A stretch of DNA of 63,359 nt from Ancylonema sp. Taxonomy: Eukaryota. Under the pieces are notes generated by a model, which saw only the letters and a list, made by a program, of their open reading frames with translations, ran no database searches and was not told where the DNA came from. Shown here piece by piece: positions 39,674 through 52,843 of this stretch; within the stretch, counting starts at the first letter, position 1; each line of letters starts with the position of its first letter. A program made the position numbers and the translations under genes. The stretch is taken from the NCBI GenBank assembly GCA_050230475.1, contig JBFLGF010000070.1, positions 1-63,359 on the forward strand. The letters run 5' to 3'.

Positions 39674-41379
39674 GAGATGAACTTGGTAATATGGGAATCT
39701 AATGTATTTTGTGGGAGTTCACATGCATGATGCTCCATAATTCGCCTACATAATTAGGTTTCCGTGACGGTGGACTTGAAGATTGCGTTGGGTATTGCTC
39801 ACTAACATTCGCAAGCAACACCGATAATATTATTCGGAAGGGATTCGTGTTGTAAAAAACACTGGCTAGTAGCATGTAAGGGGGGGGGGAACTTTCGTGA
39901 TAAACCAGTTGGTTGATTGATATGATTTAGTAAATAATGATTACACATTGGTATTGCCACTTCACCATCTCCTCAACCAATGACTACCATCTCCTCAACC
40001 AATGACTTGATATTAGATGTCGTCATGCATCCGCTGCAAGTTATAATTCGTACACGCCTGGTCCCGGTCTGCATATCGGACCGGGCTGGACCTCGGTCCC
40101 TTATGGTTTTGTAGGTTCGGGTAAGTAAGCGTGGCTCCTCCGAGTCCATACTCATTTATGCTCACGGGGCTACAAGTTGTAGCAGCCTAGAGCCTTGCAC
40201 CAATAAGGACTCACTATCATGCGGGAAATAAGGCCCTACTTTTGAAAGAAACATAAGAGGGTACACAAAAAACGTTCATTGGAAATCCCAATATGTTGAA
40301 AATCTTATGAAGTGCATTCCCCCCTCCCCCCCTGAAAGGGCCCATATGTCAAATTATTTGTTGGTAAAAAATGGCAAAAAATGGCCGTTGCCTCAAATAA
40401 AAGTGTGCCACTCTTGTTGAATAGGACTAATGAGTACCATTATGCCACTTCGCCCATTGCGAGTGAACACCGTACAAGAGACAACGGTCTGCAAGGAAGT
40501 CTTTTAGCAGTATCGGGTTATTGCTGCTATGATGTGTGACACCGAAGACCTTAACGACGGTGACCTCTCCTTCGGAAGTATGGAAGTGAGGCACTGAGGG
40601 GAATAAACTACTTTCGTACCTCCCCCTCCCCCTCAAGAAGATTCGAGCGGGTGAAAGGACGATAGGCCCTTTTGGGGAGGACATTGAAAGGGGCGGGATG
40701 AAAAACAAGAGACACTATGAGGCTACTCAAAGGGTTTCTGCAAGCATGTTGTGCCCCAGGTGAGGCAACATTGTTCTTAAGCTTGTACTGTACACCCAAG
40801 TGGCGTTAGACAATGATTCTAATGTGAATATGAGAAGGTTGCATCGGATTCAATTTCTGATTATTAATATCAATCCACATTTTCGGTTACAGATGCGACA
40901 TTTAGTGCCGGCGTGTGGAGAAATGGGGATGCGGATTGTTAAATGAATACTTGTTTTTCTGGTGATTGGATCATTTACAATTCCATCAATTGCCTTCGGT
41001 TTGTTGTTATATCACACGATAGACGTTCATTTCTCTTTCCGAGTTTGCAAATTGTATTCAAATCGATGTTGGGACAAACATTTTTGCGAACATGCAGTAG
41101 GCTACTACTACTAGTCCATATGTGAATGTGGTTGTCCGCGAGCTCCGCGTCATGTGTGGAGCCCCGCTTTTCCTATTCCGTATGAGCTCAAACCACAATG
41201 TTCCATCTGGCATCGCTAGATTGAAGGGGCGTCATTGAGTCCAGCATTACCGAAAGATGCATAAAAACGATGTCTCGTTCGACATTTTAGCGGTTTTGAG
41301 GTAACCCTTTGATTTATTTCTCGTGATAAGGGAATGTGAGTCATGATTCCTATTGAGGGGCGAATTGGAGTACAGAACG

Positions 41380-41631
41380 TAGTGTGAGGGGAGCCCGGAG
41401 TCCTGTGATTTCGGAGCCCAAAAGGTCTTTGGTTCTTTGGTCCTAGCCTTAATTCCGGGAGCCCAGCTCGGGACCGAGATCCGGACTCACCGGATCACCG
41501 GATCTGAGCCCCGGTTTCTCCCCTTCCGGGCCCGGATCTTGGGCGCCGGACTTCGAAGTGGGCTCCAATCTGGGGCTGAGCTCCGGCCGAGCTCGAAGCT
41601 CATCTGATTTGATTGGGCTCCCCGCGTACTA
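41380..41631. mobile_element. hAT-type MITE
   Basis: TIRs TAGTGTGAGGGGAGCCC / GGGCTCCCCGCGTACTA. 8-bp TSD ACAGAACG versus ACAGTACG. GGAGCCC subterminal motifs. Confidence 0.85.
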
Positions 41632-42238
41632 ACAGTACGGAACTGTACCTCTGTGATGTATCTCTGACATTCACAGTAGCCAGGTATGTAAGTGGCGATC
41701 CCCCTCAAAATTGCTACTGCCAAGAATACGCTACTGGAGATGTGTGCTCATCATCTCTCCCATACGCGTACTAATTGTCATCCTGTGTTGCAAGAAAGTC
41801 TGTGATCTCTGCGTGTTTCAGTGCAGCTGAAAGACATTGCAGTCCAGTTCCAGTGTAGTTCCAGCAGAAAATTCATCAGTTCACTCACATTCCTTCGTTC
41901 AGAAAGCGGCCGTCGGCCGTCGGTTGTTGGAAAGCATTAAAATCCAACAAAACGTAATAGAAAGCACTAGGCAATAAAAAAACAAATACACAGAAATAGA
42001 AATCTGTGGAGTACAGACCACATTATCATAACTAAAGTAGCACTTTGATTGCGTCAAACTACGCGCTACCATTTCCTCGCCGTTTCTTTTATCTTCTTTC
42101 TTCAATCCGCTCGCACTGACAAGTCTAGTGTAGTCATTTGGTCCGGGAAAAGGGTTATATATTTGTATGTTCGTTTGCATTGTTTAGTAGCTCCAATTAG
42201 CTTCCAAGATAGCTCCTCTTCAACGACAGCTTTCCCAG

Positions 42239-45200
42239 ATGGATGCGGCAGTGATGACCAATCCGGAATACCGGACATTTTATGAAGGCTGGTCGTCAAC
42301 CGAATCACTTAACCTGAACGAGATTCGAGACAAGTTAAAAGCGGTTGCAGAATCAGGACGGCGGCCTCCTCAGGTCTGTCAGTCCTCAGGTCACGTGATT
42401 CATACGTTTTCAGTCGCGCACAGTGCATGAGTTATGTGTATGAATCGTAGCGCTATCAACAAACTATCACGAAAGAAAGCAGATGTAGCTTAGAAAACTG
42501 GTCTATACTTATATTTTTGAAGTTGGGGGGTTTTTTCTCGTCGTGCAGAAGGAGCTGAAGGTGTTTGTGGACAAAATTATGGAGCACATCTGCGTTTACC
42601 ACGACAAGAAGGTACAAGCTGCAACTAGCGAGACTTCCGCTGTCTCCGCCGGAATTTGGAAGACCCCATTGGAAGGTAATGCTCTGGGACCGTTTCAGTT
42701 TGCGACTGCGATTGTTGCCTCATAGGGTATCCCCCTGCAATTATGTATGGGCAATTTGTTCGCGTGGAGGTTGCGGCAGGCGAGAATTTTGTATATTCGT
42801 AGACTCACAGTTACCCAGTGTCCAAGGTCCTGACTGAGTTCTCTCTGATTGTGTGCAGCGGGATTTATCTGGCTCGGAGGCTGGAGACCTGCAGCCGCAA
42901 TCATGCTAGCCTACTCGCTTATGGGAATGCAGATTGAGAACGAACTGCAGGCATTATTGAATGGTGTGGATGTACCATCCATGGCGGCACTTTCGCACCG
43001 ACAGGTGCGAAGTGCGAATTTGTATAGAGTGGATCAGTTTCCTTATAACAACGGAAATTCTCGTGTTTGTCTGCGAGGGTCATGTGGGCCTCCCTTATTC
43101 TTGGTGTAGTCGCGGAGAGTACCTGATGGATAGAGTTCGGTGACAGATATTAATTACACTCAGCAGTTATGCTCACTATCCGCGTCGCATATCCGCTGTC
43201 GCAGGTCGTGCAAAGTATGTCATGGGTGCATTTGCAGTTGACTGTCTCGAAGGAGGAGTGACATGAAGCTGATTGGAAGAAATTTGGGTGCAATCTTGTT
43301 GAAACATGATAACATTAATGATCATTGATGATTATTGATTATTGATACATTGATATGATAATATTTGTGCAAGTGTCTTCTGGTGACAGAGTGAAACATT
43401 GTTGGTTACCCTGGGCTACATACGAGTAAATGAAACCGTTGTGCTCAAATGGGCTTTTCTTTATCCTGTGCAGCTGAGCGCTTTGAACGATTTGCAGCAA
43501 ACCACAAAAGATCTGGAGGGGAACCTGAGTGATAGGTTGGCCCATCTTCAAGTGAGTCAGGGCAAAGTTCTGGTACAGGCTGTCACTATATGAAAGGGAG
43601 CATTCAGTGGGGATGAAGCATCGAGTGTTATTGACTATCAAGTCGTCTGGTGTACCTACATTGATGGGAATAATCATTGTCATGGCAGGGAAGGGCTACT
43701 AAAAGTGTATTAAGCCTCTCTCATACGGTTTTTGCTTCTCTGTAACAGATGATGCTTGCTGGGGAGGAAATGACCAAGGCAGCATCCATGGATGATTCGG
43801 AAGGTGTTGATATGGACGGGCTTGACAAAGCTATGGACAAGAAGCTTGAAGATCTGAGAGACCTCCTCATTGACGCAGACAAACTAAGGTAAAATGAAGA
43901 CTTCAAAACTTTTTGCCCTCGTTGTATTATCCACAGAATGTATGAGAGTTAGTTGTACTCCTCGACTTGTCTACATTTAGGATAGGTGTACATGCACCCA
44001 CACACATGCAAGTTGGGGAGCAAAATAAAGGCAATAACCTTCGTGACGTTCTTTATGCTTCATGATGGAGTGAGAGTAAGGTATCACTGTCCTTTCTATT
44101 TTGATAATGTGCATCATAGATTAGCTCTGTTGTCATCTGTGATACCTTGTTCAAGGCTGCAGCAGCAGCAGCATACTGTAGTAACAGCAGCAGCATCATG
44201 TTTCTCGTTTCAGATTGGGAAGGTACATTGAGGTTTTGAGCAGGTCCTAGCTGTGTACATTTTTTTATTCTTTTGTGTTTGCCAAGTTGCACGGGCTGCG
44301 TGGTCTGGCATGAAGAAGCTGAGACTCGTCGAGATTGCCATCTCTGACTGTTTCTCCTTGCCACCACTGCTTCAGCAGCGAGCAACAGCTGCTGCTCTCA
44401 TGTCAGAAAGTGTGGCAATCTTGTATCTTTGGGGCCGAGTGCATCTCGAAGCAAATCTGGGAGCTTTTCACATGCCATTGAAGTCTACTTTGGTAACTTG
44501 CTGCAGACTGGAGACTCTGCATCAGATGGTGGCAATCTTGACACCAATGCAGGTGAGCATATGGACCTTCCGTTGCCCAACCCTATTGCACCTTGGGTGG
44601 TTGGGACTCATTTTAGAAGCACATGGATCTGTAGCGTCTTCACTAGGGGGGGTGTGTAAGATTCCCATTGCTCTCGCTACCATGCTCTTACTGCGTATTC
44701 CTTTGCTGCACACAGTCTGCACAGTTTCTTGTTGCTGCAATCGAACTGTCCATGGCAATTCGAGAGCTTGGGCTCATGAAGATGGAGAGCCATGGAGGAG
44801 ACGGAAGTGAGCTGCAGGCGCCAAAATATTTGGAGGAGCTGCATCGGGTTGCTGCCAAGGGGCAAACGGCTGCACTGGAGAAACTGGTGCAAGAAGGCGC
44901 TAATGTTTCCACGCTAGACTACGAGGGAAGAACACCTCTAGTGAGCCGGACTGGAAGGGGGTCGTGGAAGTCAAAGTTGCCACCTGCAGGCATAGAAGTC
45001 TTATGCGTCAGACCTTGGCTTCATCTGAAAACATATTTTGCTTGAAAGATGGTGGCAAATATCGAACTCAATCTCTGATCATTTGAGTGGGCGTTTCCTA
45101 CAGCATTTGGCAGCATTCAAGGGCCACACTGCATCCGTCTCCTTGCTAATCAAAATGGGTGCAGATGTGAATGTGTTTGGTGAGCTCCCCTGATGCAAAG

Positions 45201-46271
45201 CTTGGTGTAACTTATCTGCTGATTCCTTATTTGCCTGCAAAGACCTAGCCGTTCTACGACGTAATAGTCAATGATTATTCCTGTGTTCCTGGTTCCCATG
45301 CGCAGATGAGCGTGGGTCGACCCCCATACTGTATGCCGTCAAAGGAGGTCACGAGAAGGCGGCCAAACTTCTCCTTGAGGCGGGAGCGAAGGTGGCAGCA
45401 AGCGTAGGTTTCCTTCCGCGGTGTAGAATGATGTAGATATAGCACGCGGATGTACTCTTGGCGACTAACGAAACATTTGAGCCAGTTACGGAGATGTTTC
45501 GTTTGCTTCTGGAAACCTGCACTGAGGGGTGGACAGGGCATCTGCAATTTGTGCTGATTATAGTTTGTTGCTGACTTTGTTAGCTGAAGTTTCAGTGAGA
45601 CGCCTGATCGTAGAGACGATTAGACATGAAATGGTGAAGAAAGGATGTCTCCATTTGTTCCCATCATCCTGTTGGTTGTTGGTTGTCGGTTGCGTACAGG
45701 ATGTTGGGGTGGAGTTGTGTAGAGCGGCTGCGTCGGGGAACTTGGAGTATCTTCGGAGATTGGTGCAGAGTGCCAAGTGTAATCCCAACACAGTGGATTA
45801 CGACCGTCGGACACCGCTCCACCTGGCAGCAGCTGAAGGAATTTACCCAGCAGTAGACATTCTTTTAAAAGCAGGGGGGGATGCGTTGGCTAAGGATAGG
45901 TGCGTTTTCATCGATACCTAAAAGGAGTATGTGCTTCTTTTACGAGAGCAAAGCTCAAATGCTGTTAAGTCCAAGGTTTCTGTGCATATGTTGTTCCTTC
46001 AGGTTCTGTGTGAGAGATCTGCTCTGATTTTTGTCACATTGCAAACTCCTCTATCTGTTTGTATTGCCTCTTTTGTTGCAGGCATGATTTCACCCCGCTA
46101 GATGAGGCTATAAGGAGTAAGAAATGGTTGGTGGTTGAGCTCTTGAACCTATATGTTCCACCAGAGCATCAAGTTTCGGTGGAGGGATTTTCAAGCAAAG
46201 AGTTGGATCATGATATGGAAGATGATGAGGAATCGGAGCCTGTCCTGGCTGACGGCCCGCGTGCTAGTTAG
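42239..46271 (+). CDS. DOG1/TGA-C-terminal domain fused to ankyrin repeats, 11 exons (42239-42373, 42549-42675, 42859-43004, 43474-43551, 43749-43888, 44507-44552, 44716-44940, 45104-45179, 45306-45403, 45700-45899, 46082-46271)
   Basis: DOG1-domain motifs FYEGW, WKTPLEAGFIWLGGWRP, LSHRQL, ADKLRLETLHQMVAILTPMQSAQFLVA. Ankyrin motifs DYEGRTPLHLAA, GSTPILYAV, DYDRRTPLHLAAAEG, DFTPLDEA. All introns are GT-AG and phase-consistent. Confidence 0.9.
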
Positions 46272-46794
46272 AGAAGCAGCTTAAGAGAAGTGAGTAAGTG
46301 TACATTGTGCCATCTTGGGGTTGAGGGGGGAGGGGGGGGGAGGTCTCATAATAAGCTTGCAACATGTACTATTCGTATATCTTTATTATTTTTAAAGTCG
46401 AACGATTTTGCTAAATTGTGCAGAGTAGAAGCACACGTGTGGACACAGTTTGATGACGTATATCGCTCCCCTTGCTTTCCTGCCCACCTTGCTTTCTTGT
46501 CATGCAATTGGAACTCTCAAATAATTTGCACACGAGAAGTGGGAAAGGTAGTGCACCATAAAGCATTGACAAGTTGTGAATGGTGTGCAAGTATGTGATC
46601 TGTCATGGCGGGATGTAGAGCCCCCATGGCACAAACGTTTGATGGTTGCAGTGCATTTAAAGATCAGTGGAGAGGGTTGTAATGACTGTGTGTACTTCAG
46701 GGTCCCTAACCCTGCCCTTCAGATAGGTCGCGGAACCTACAAACTGTTGAATTTTGAACACAAATGTACCTCTAGGAGTGGGGGGGCTAACGTG

Positions 46795-49700
46795 TCACTC
46801 GGTCTCTTTGTACAATTGTCGACCAATGAGCATGCGTCGGATCTCGCTCGTCCCAGCTCCAATTTCATACAGCTTGGCGTCCCTCAGCAGCCTCCCCGTG
46901 GGATACTCGTTCATGTATCCATTGCCGCCCAAACTTTGAATGGCCTGAATGATGACAACAATAAGGTGGACATCCGACGGTGTCAGCCTTGCTTCCTCCT
47001 CCTTCCCCTCCGTCCTTACCTGCAACGCCATTTGTGTGGCGCTCTCCGCCGAGTACAGTAGGACAGCTGCGCAGTCCTTCCTGTCCACACACCCCTTATC
47101 ACACGCAGCGGCCACAGAATACACAAACGCTCTGCAACCCCCGCCACTCCTTCCTCTCAGTCTCTCCTCCCCAATCACACACGTGGCACGTACGGGATGT
47201 ACCTGGAGGCCTGCAGTTTGGTGTACATGTCCGCCATCTTCCCCTGCATGAGCTGGAATTCCCCGATGTCGCTCCCAAACTGTTTCCTTGTGTGCACGTA
47301 CGGAAGGACGGTGTCGAGGCAGGACTGCATGAGGCCGAGGGGTCCCCCTGAGAGAACGAGACGCTCAAGGTCGAGGCCTGACATCATCACGTACACGCCT
47401 GCAGCACATCACAAAATCATCACATAAGGACATAATGACACCATCACATCATGACATCATCACATCACAAAGTCATCACATGAGGACATCATGACATAAT
47501 GATATTGGGGGGAGCGTGACGGAATGAGAAGAGAGAAGCAGGGCGGTAACAAGGTGGGCAGAACCAGGGAAAGGGACCAGGATGAGAGAACATGGGTAAG
47601 GTGTCCCGACCTTTTCCCACTTCCCCCAACACATTCTGTTGCGGCACAAAGCAGTCTTCAAATAACAACTCGCACCTGATCCCCACCACCCCAATTGATC
47701 CCCACCCCCCAACCCGACTAAGGCAGCTTCATGGGCAGGTGCGGGTGCCAGGGGGGGGCCGAGGGGACCAGATGACGCACGTGTCACTGCCGCGCATCCC
47801 CAGCTTGTCCATCTTGGGGGCTGTGGAAAAGCCCTCGACCCCCTTCTCGATCAAGAAGGCGGTGATGCCTTTTGCGCCCGCGGCCATATCCGTCTTGGCG
47901 TAAACCATCTTGAGAGCCACAGAAGACAAGAAGACAGAGAGGACAGGAGGAGGATCAAACTTTGCTCTTCTCTTTTGCGGGGAAATGGAGAAGAAAAATA
48001 TACCAGCACCGATGCAGAGGGCCCGTTGGTGCACCACATTTTGGTCCCGTTCAGACGGAAGCCCCCTGATACGTGGTCGGCACGGCATCGCATGCTCACA
48101 ACATCGGATCCTGCTGCAATCATCCATCATCCATCATCAATCATTAATCATCAATCATCCATGATCCATGATGTCCACAACTGTGAGGAGGGACCGCAAA
48201 GCAATCAGTCGTACCATGACATGCGCTGCATGCCTATATGGATGGATGGATGGGTGTGGAGTTACAATTTGGTTCACTCATGGCCAACGCTCCGATGTGC
48301 TCCCCACTCACGAGCTGCACACAGCACAGTTGAATTTAATTTATAAAAAAAAAAAAAAAAAAAAAAAAAAGAGTCTGGCTCTGCCTCTGCCTCTGGCTCT
48401 GTCTGTTCTTCGTTCCTAACCCCACCACCTTGGGGAGGTACTTGCGTTTCTGATCCGAACTCCCGTTGCGGACCTGCAGAGTGGGCAACAGCTCATCATA
48501 ATCAACATCATCAACATCATCATCATCATCATCATCATCATCATGAGACGTATCTCGGGAGCAATTGATGGCATGCCAAGTGGCATGTACCAGTACCGAG
48601 TTACCAGCTGGTTTATGCAGAGGTTGGAGTGAGCCCCGTAGGACAAGGCCACAGAACCAGAGGCACGACTCAGCTCCTCCATGGCGATGCAGTGGTAAAG
48701 GTAGCCGAGACCGAGGCCGCCATCCTCCTCTGTGCACCCCCCCAAACGGCAGAATTGATTCAAGGCAGATTGGTGACAGATACGGGTAGCAAAGAGAAGA
48801 GATTGCGAATGTCTTGTGTGGGGCCCACAGGGGGCAGGGGAGGCGAATCTTCAAGGAGTATGGAAAGGTTGGGTACAGAGATAAGTGAGAGGGGCGGTAT
48901 GTTCTTTTCTGGACCTACTCGTTTGGAATAATTTCTGTTCAGTTTGATCGTGCTGCCCACCTGGCACAGTGATTCCGTGGAGCTGGAAGTCCCCCATGGC
49001 TCGCCATAAATTCGGTTCCTGCGCAGCTTGCACCGAGTAGCGATTGGCGGAAGAGATTGTTGCAAGAAGGGAATATGATCATGGTGGGGGGAAGCAGCAG
49101 ACAAATACCGTACTGTGCTCCCAAACCAATCATCTTTATTGATCACTGAAAAGGTGAAATCATTCACTGGAAGTCGTTGAATTTTATTCCTTTTTGAGAT
49201 TTTTGAGATTTTTATGTAGAATTGCCAAAATCATTTTCTTTAACTACCGGTAATCTGAAATTAGTTTTACGAGTCAGTGACATTAATTTGTTTTTAAAAA
49301 ACGGAATCTGTTCAGGAGCGCTGTACGGTAATGTGAAGCACGCAAAGAAAGGCCCATGGCCTTCGTTCAAGTGCATCAGCTTTAGCGCTCTCGTTGCTGA
49401 GTCGCTCAAATGAGCGACTCAACAACAATTTTTCCCCTTCTTTGTATAGCTTCACGCTTTCACGATTCTTTCCCGCAGATTGATTGAGGAAGAAACGATT
49501 CTATTTGTTCTGCCTTATGGTGTGGCAACAACAGCCTGTGAGAAAGAAGAATATCGTTACCGTTCTTTTATATCTGCACTCAAAGCACGAAGTAGTGAAC
49601 GGGGTACTTCGGCAGTTAATGCCGAAGTCCAGCCCATGATGTCCAGCCCATGAGCCCATGATGTTCATCATGGGCTCTCTGCGCCCATGATGGACAGAGA

Positions 49701-50338
49701 CTGCCTACAGAGAGTGCATGATGTGCAGAAAGGGTAGTAGTAACGGACCTTCGGAAAGCTGTTGTTGCGGTCGATGTCAGATGCATGAGGAGCGATATGT
49801 TCTTGGGCAAACTTGTGCACTGACTCCTTGAACTGATGGGGGGAGAAAGGACTCGAGGCATGAAATATGCGCAAACCATGGCAGCGGATTATGGAACCAG
49901 GTCAGGAAATGAAAGAAGATGGTCACACGGTTTCCGGTTTCCGGTTCAAAGAGGCGACCAAGGACGACATTCGCGCTTGATTCCCCCCCCCGTGGTCCAT
50001 TGCGCTGTCTATCACCTCTTGTGCCGTGTCATCGAGGAGCATTCCAAAGGAGGACAGCAGTCGAGGACGCTGGCCCCCATCTTCTCTCATCTGCAGGCAG
50101 CGCTCAATTGTTTCGTTAGTACGGGATATCACAGAATCACTTGAGCATGGTGTCCGTCCCTGAATGTGTGAATAACCTCATTTGGCATGTACAGGAAACG
50201 ATTTATACCAGCCATACCATATTGGATGAAGGAGGCGAGGATTACTAGCCGAATCACTTCCAATAGACGTACTTTAAAACGCGGACTGACTAACGCCCTG
50301 CCTCCATCCTTCCAGAGCCCGCACCGGCGTAGAATCAT
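46795..50338 (-). CDS. IVD: Mitochondrial isovaleryl-CoA dehydrogenase, multi-exon
   Basis: [117 protein letters not shown]. The presequence-like first exon [10 protein letters not shown] is inferred. Confidence 0.96.
48495..48545. repeat. (CAT)n microsatellite in an IVD intron
   Basis: CATCATCAT run with a few CAA/AAT variants. Confidence 0.9.
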
Positions 50339-50959
50339 TGTGTCACGAGCACGGTACGTGAGTTTTGATTCCTCCAAATGGTCGGGGACGATATAAATTG
50401 AAAAGTTGTTAGAGGGATCTGTACGGTTGATTTCTCACGCCATTTACGGCTAATCGAGCCTCGGAGCAAGTCATGCTAAACAGTTGCGTATGGAGCATGC
50501 AAAGAAGAACCCACTCGAGCTAATGTCACAAAAAATCATATACATCGAGGGAGATGCTGAGACTGTATTACACGGAGACGCTGGGGAAGGGAGGGGGTTG
50601 CTCACGTTCCACAGGAGGGCGTGGAAAGGTCGCAGCGTACGTGGATGAAGTGCCAGACGGTGTCAGCGACCCCAAGCGCTTGGTTGACTTCCGCCCGATT
50701 CGCAAAGCTGTGGAGATATCCGCCTGCGGGCGGAAAGATTGCCGGTCGCCTCCGCCCGCAGATGGTACCGCCTGCGGCGGCTGCCCGGCCGCTCGTTCAC
50801 GGGCGTGCTGACTTTCGGGATTTCAAGAAATCAATCTCAGAAGCATAGCTTCTAGACGTTTTAAAATATGAAAAAAAAAAAAAACTAAAAATGGGACCAT
50901 GTAGTCGATATTCGCACTTCTACTTTTTTATTTTGCTTAATGTGGACTAAAATTGAATA

Positions 50960-51612
50960 CCGTGAAGGGCACCCTAAATGATTTCTGTTTTTCCAAAATT
51001 AATTATTTTCGTAATGATTCTTCAAAATAATCCCATGATTCCGTTAGTTATTATCGATGATTTCTGGTAATGATTCCATGAATCCGTCAGTTATTATCAA
51101 TGATTTTTGGGGATGATTCCGGACTGTAGGAATAAAAAGCGTAAAAGATTTCCTTGTTTAGGAACCCAAAAAATCAAATGATTTGTCCTTATCTTGGTCA
51201 TTCTTACATATTTAACGTACATTTTGACGTCACAAGTGCACGTAACAAGCACTCGCGATACTAGTCGCGATATCTCGACCGGCCACAATTTTGTCGTTAT
51301 GAATGTTCTTAATTTGTCGTGCAACGCGTCTAGTTGGTATTATTTCCCATATCGTGGAACTTCAGGGAGCGATACGTAGTTTCTGACGTCGTAAATGTCA
51401 TTCGCTCAATAATGTGTCCTTTTGCACGTGCCTACTTTGTCGTGTACCCCGTGTCATCACATCTAGAGTCACATCCAGGTGAAACCGAATTTCCCGTAAA
51501 TGATTCCTAAAACGGGTTTTATTAATGATTTTGAGTATCATTTTTTTACCATTTAGTAATTAATTACTTTCGGGTTTCAATAATTAAAAATCATTTACGG
51601 TGCCCAGTACGG
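50960..51612. mobile_element. Tc1/mariner-type MITE
   Basis: TA|CCGTGAAGGGCACCCTAAATGATTT ... AAATCATTTACGGTGCCCAGTACGG|TA, with many AATGATT subterminal motifs. Confidence 0.85.
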
Positions 51613-52843
51613 TACACCAGAACCCTAAAAAATCTTTGTATACCCTCCCGCCTCGTGGACAACCCCGCCCGCGTTCTGCCCACGAGCAGATCCGAACGCG
51701 GGCGCCGCCGGGCAGAGATATTGACGGGCGTGTATATCTATGGTTCCTCACATTTGCTAAATTCCTTCATGTTTTCCTCAAGATACACAAGTTCATACCA
51801 TTGACGTGAAAAAAAAACAAAAAAAACGCAACGATTGAGATATATCGTCTTGGCACTCTTAGTGTAGAAACGCTTGTGAAATAAAACTTTTCCATAAGAT
51901 AGCGATCTATCCTCGAATGCATATATTACACCCCCCTCCCCGTAGAGATTTCCTATCACAAAAAAATCATTGAAAATCTACAAGACTTTGTTTTCCTTCG
52001 TAACGAGCACAGTTGCACGAACCGGCTTTTTTTTTTTTGGGGAACCGGTTCCGAGATTGAACCGTTTCGGAACCGGACGATCCGGGTGATTCTTAGGGTT
52101 TTCCTCCTTCCCGCGGTATAACATTTTTCCCCCTCCTTAAAATGTACGCGGAGAAAATATATCATTACACATGTTCATGCTGGTGACTCCACGTCACTTT
52201 CAGACGCTAAAATTGTTAGATATTTCATCCGACCACCACCACCATTCGACCACCACCACGACCATACTGTATGTAGTGACATTCCATTCTTAAGTTGTTT
52301 TCTTTTATTTGCGTGTACACGTGTCACCAAGTTATCAATAGACTTTTATTGAGGGGGGGGGAACTTTGGGGGCTATGCCACCATCTTGTATTGGGCACCA
52401 TATTTGTACCATGCACAAGATCCGATTGAATAAAAATCATCATCTAAAAACCATTACGAATTCCCTATACGGTAAGGGACTGCCACTACGACGGTCATTG
52501 TACCGGAGCTTGACTTGCTCTTGTCTTTTACTTACGTGTCATGACTGGTGGTGTTTCGCTTACCTCTTTAGTAATCAATTTGGTGAAATCCAGAACTATA
52601 CCGATCCCTTGTTGCATACCCAAAACAATACACCTACAGACTCTTGTCCGGTCATGGCATTGAGGACACAACAATGATACGAGTACAATCTGTGTAGCAA
52701 ACACGAGATATACTCAATCATGGAGGGGCGACATTCAGCCACCTTGTTGTCGGCTTGCAGTTTGTGATCATGCTCTTCATGCTTACACCATTTTCATCCC
52801 ACATACTGCAATGTAGCAACAGGAGAAAGGAGTTCTTGCAAAT

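Noticed and set aside
39965..41300. 22-bp direct duplication (ACCATCTCCTCAACCAATGACT x2) and possible TE remnant
   Set aside because: A local slippage duplication with no supportable element boundaries or coding motifs.
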